DNA of 64,000 nucleotides, taken from the human T2T-CHM13v2.0 reference genome, Homo sapiens. Numbering within the stretch: position 1 is the first letter of the stretch; the number at the start of each line of letters is the position of its first letter. The DNA is taken from assembly GCF_009914755.1 (NCBI RefSeq), contig NC_060933.1; one strand, given 5' to 3'. The translations under genes and the position numbers were made by a program. Of this stretch, positions 62,162-64,000 are shown piece by piece. The notes under the pieces are model-generated. The model was not told the origin of the DNA. It worked only from the letters and a program-made list of their open reading frames with translations, and ran no database searches.

Positions 62162-63297
62162 AAGAGAGAAGCACCTGTGCTGTGGAGTGGCATTTTAGAT
62201 GCCCTCACGAATATGAAGCTTAGCACAGCTCTAGTTACATTCTTATGATATGGCATTAAATTATTTCCATATATTATATAATAGGTCCTTCCACTTTTTG
62301 GAGAGTAGCAAATCTAGCTTTTTTGTACAGACTTAGAAATTATCTAAAGATTTCATCTTTTTACCTCATATTTCTTAGGAATTTAATGGTTATATGTTGT
62401 CTTTTTTTCCTATGTCTTTTGGCTCAAGCAACATGTATATCAGTGTTGACTTTTTCTTTCTTAGATCTAGTTTAAAAAAAAAAAAAACCACATAACAATT
62501 CTTTGAAGAAAGGAAGGGATTAAATAATTTTTTTCCCTAACACTTTCTTGAAGGTCAGGGGCTTTATCTATGAAAAAGTAGTAAATAGTTCTTTGTAACC
62601 TGTGTGAAGCAGCAGCCAGCCTTAAAGTAGTCCATTCTTGCTAATGGTTAGAACAGTGAATACTAGTGGAATTGTTTGGGCTGCTTTTAGTTTCTCTTAA
62701 TCAAAATTACTAGATGATAGAATTCAAGAACTTGTTACATGTATTACTTGGTGTATCGATAATCATTTAAAAGTAAAGACTCTGTCATGCATTTTTCCCC
62801 ATTCTTTTTTTTTTCCCTGTCTCCGTGACAACCAGTGGTTCTTCATTTTTGATCATGCGAAATGCATTTTGACCCAGATGGTCTGCAGAACTTCACTTAG
62901 GACATTAGCACACAAATAGCACACATATCACATACCCATTTATATACATAATTAGAAAATGTTCCTGATACATGTGTCATGTGATTTCTTCCAACAAATG
63001 TTTTGGAAAACAGCAAGCAACTAGTCTGTAGGTTGTCTTTTCTCTAGAGATCCTTGTCCTGGGACAGCCTGGGGCAAGTTATTAAGCATATTTCCTTCCT
63101 GGTGGGCTAGATGATGTGCATTATACCTGTAGTACCTTCATACTAGCCCTTACAAGTTAAATGTCCTGTGGCCATCTTAGCCGAAAGTCTTTGGTTGCAA
63201 AATCTTATAGGTAAAAACAGTTGAAAGAACATTATGGGATTTCCTTGCTTGTTCTGATACAATACAACTAGATGACCTTAAAAACCCTCATATTTAA
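62162..63297 (+). other. ATP6V1G1: ATP6V1G1 3' UTR (end approximate; several alternative poly(A) sites likely)
   Basis: AU-rich repeat-free sequence after the stop; variant signals ATTAAA 62255 and 62519, AGTAAA 62772, AATACA 63261. Confidence 0.7.
62772..62777 (+). terminator. Probable polyadenylation signal (AGTAAA variant), cleavage near 62791
   Basis: Upstream TGTA motifs (~62740, ~62753), CA 14 nt downstream, followed by a T-rich downstream element. Confidence 0.55.
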
Positions 63298-63408
63298 TAT
63301 GACTCAGGATTTTATTTTTCAGACCACTACTGTCTCTAGTTACTGTTTCATTTCTCTGTTCCTTTTTAATAGAATTCCTCAAAAGAGTGACTGGATGAGC
63401 TTTTCCTG

Positions 63409-63439
<31 letters not shown>

Positions 63440-64000
63440 GTTAAAACCCTCAAGGCTTGCTGTGCCACTGAAGCTGTATGTCAAGATCAGCAATGTGGTC
63501 CAGGTTGAGAAAGCTCATCCTCTTCCTCCTTGACCTTCAGTACTCTGACAGGGTTGACCATTCCTTCCTTGAAGCACTTTTTTTGAGACAGGGTCTCATT
63601 CTGTGGCCCAGGTTGGAGTGCAGTGGCCTGGTGTGATCTCAGCTCACTGCAACCTCCGTGTCCCGTGTTCAGTCGGCCCACCTCAGTCTCTCAAGTACCT
63701 AGGACTACAGGCACACACCACCGCACCTGGCTACTTTTTCTGTTTTTAGTAGAGACAGGGTTTCTCCATGTTCCCTGGGCTGGTCTCAAACTTCTGGGCT
63801 CAAGCGATCCTCCTGCCTTGGCTTCCCAAAGTGCTGGGATTACAGGTGTGAGCCACTGCACCCAGCCCACTTTACTTAGCTTCCATCGTGCAGTATTGTG
63901 CTTCCTTGCTTCTCATTCTCTCCCTCATTCTTCCTTCAACTTTTTTTTTTTTTTTTTTTTTGAGATGGAGTTTTGTTCTGTTGCCCAGGCTGGAGTGTGG

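Overview
Primate (most likely human, 9q32) genomic DNA, very rich in Alu, LTR, L1, L2 and MIR repeats. The only supportable protein-coding gene is ATP6V1G1 (V-ATPase V1 subunit G1). It lies on the + strand with 3 coding exons (52257-52338, 56970-57070, 61988-62161; 118 aa) and a CpG-island promoter carrying a perfect CLEAR element (GTCACGTGAC). The upstream ~51 kb is intergenic. It contains a 5'-truncated processed ACTR3 pseudogene, a tailless U13/SNORD13 retrocopy with TSDs, a decayed ~10 kb MER4-group ERV1 provirus, and several nested transposon stacks. The most notable observations are: two different ERV LTRs each retaining homologous tandem STAT/GAS sites 21 bp apart; a local inverted duplication of an Alu plus 63 bp of its 3' flank, with a template-switch-like junction; two inverted AluY copies sharing an unusual variant; and a candidate unannotated RFX/TATA first exon. 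I found no convincing evidence for a wholly new biological system. Almost all ORFs in the supplied track are repeat-derived noise. Repeat family names come from my recall of consensus sequences, not from a database search, and repeat boundaries are approximate.
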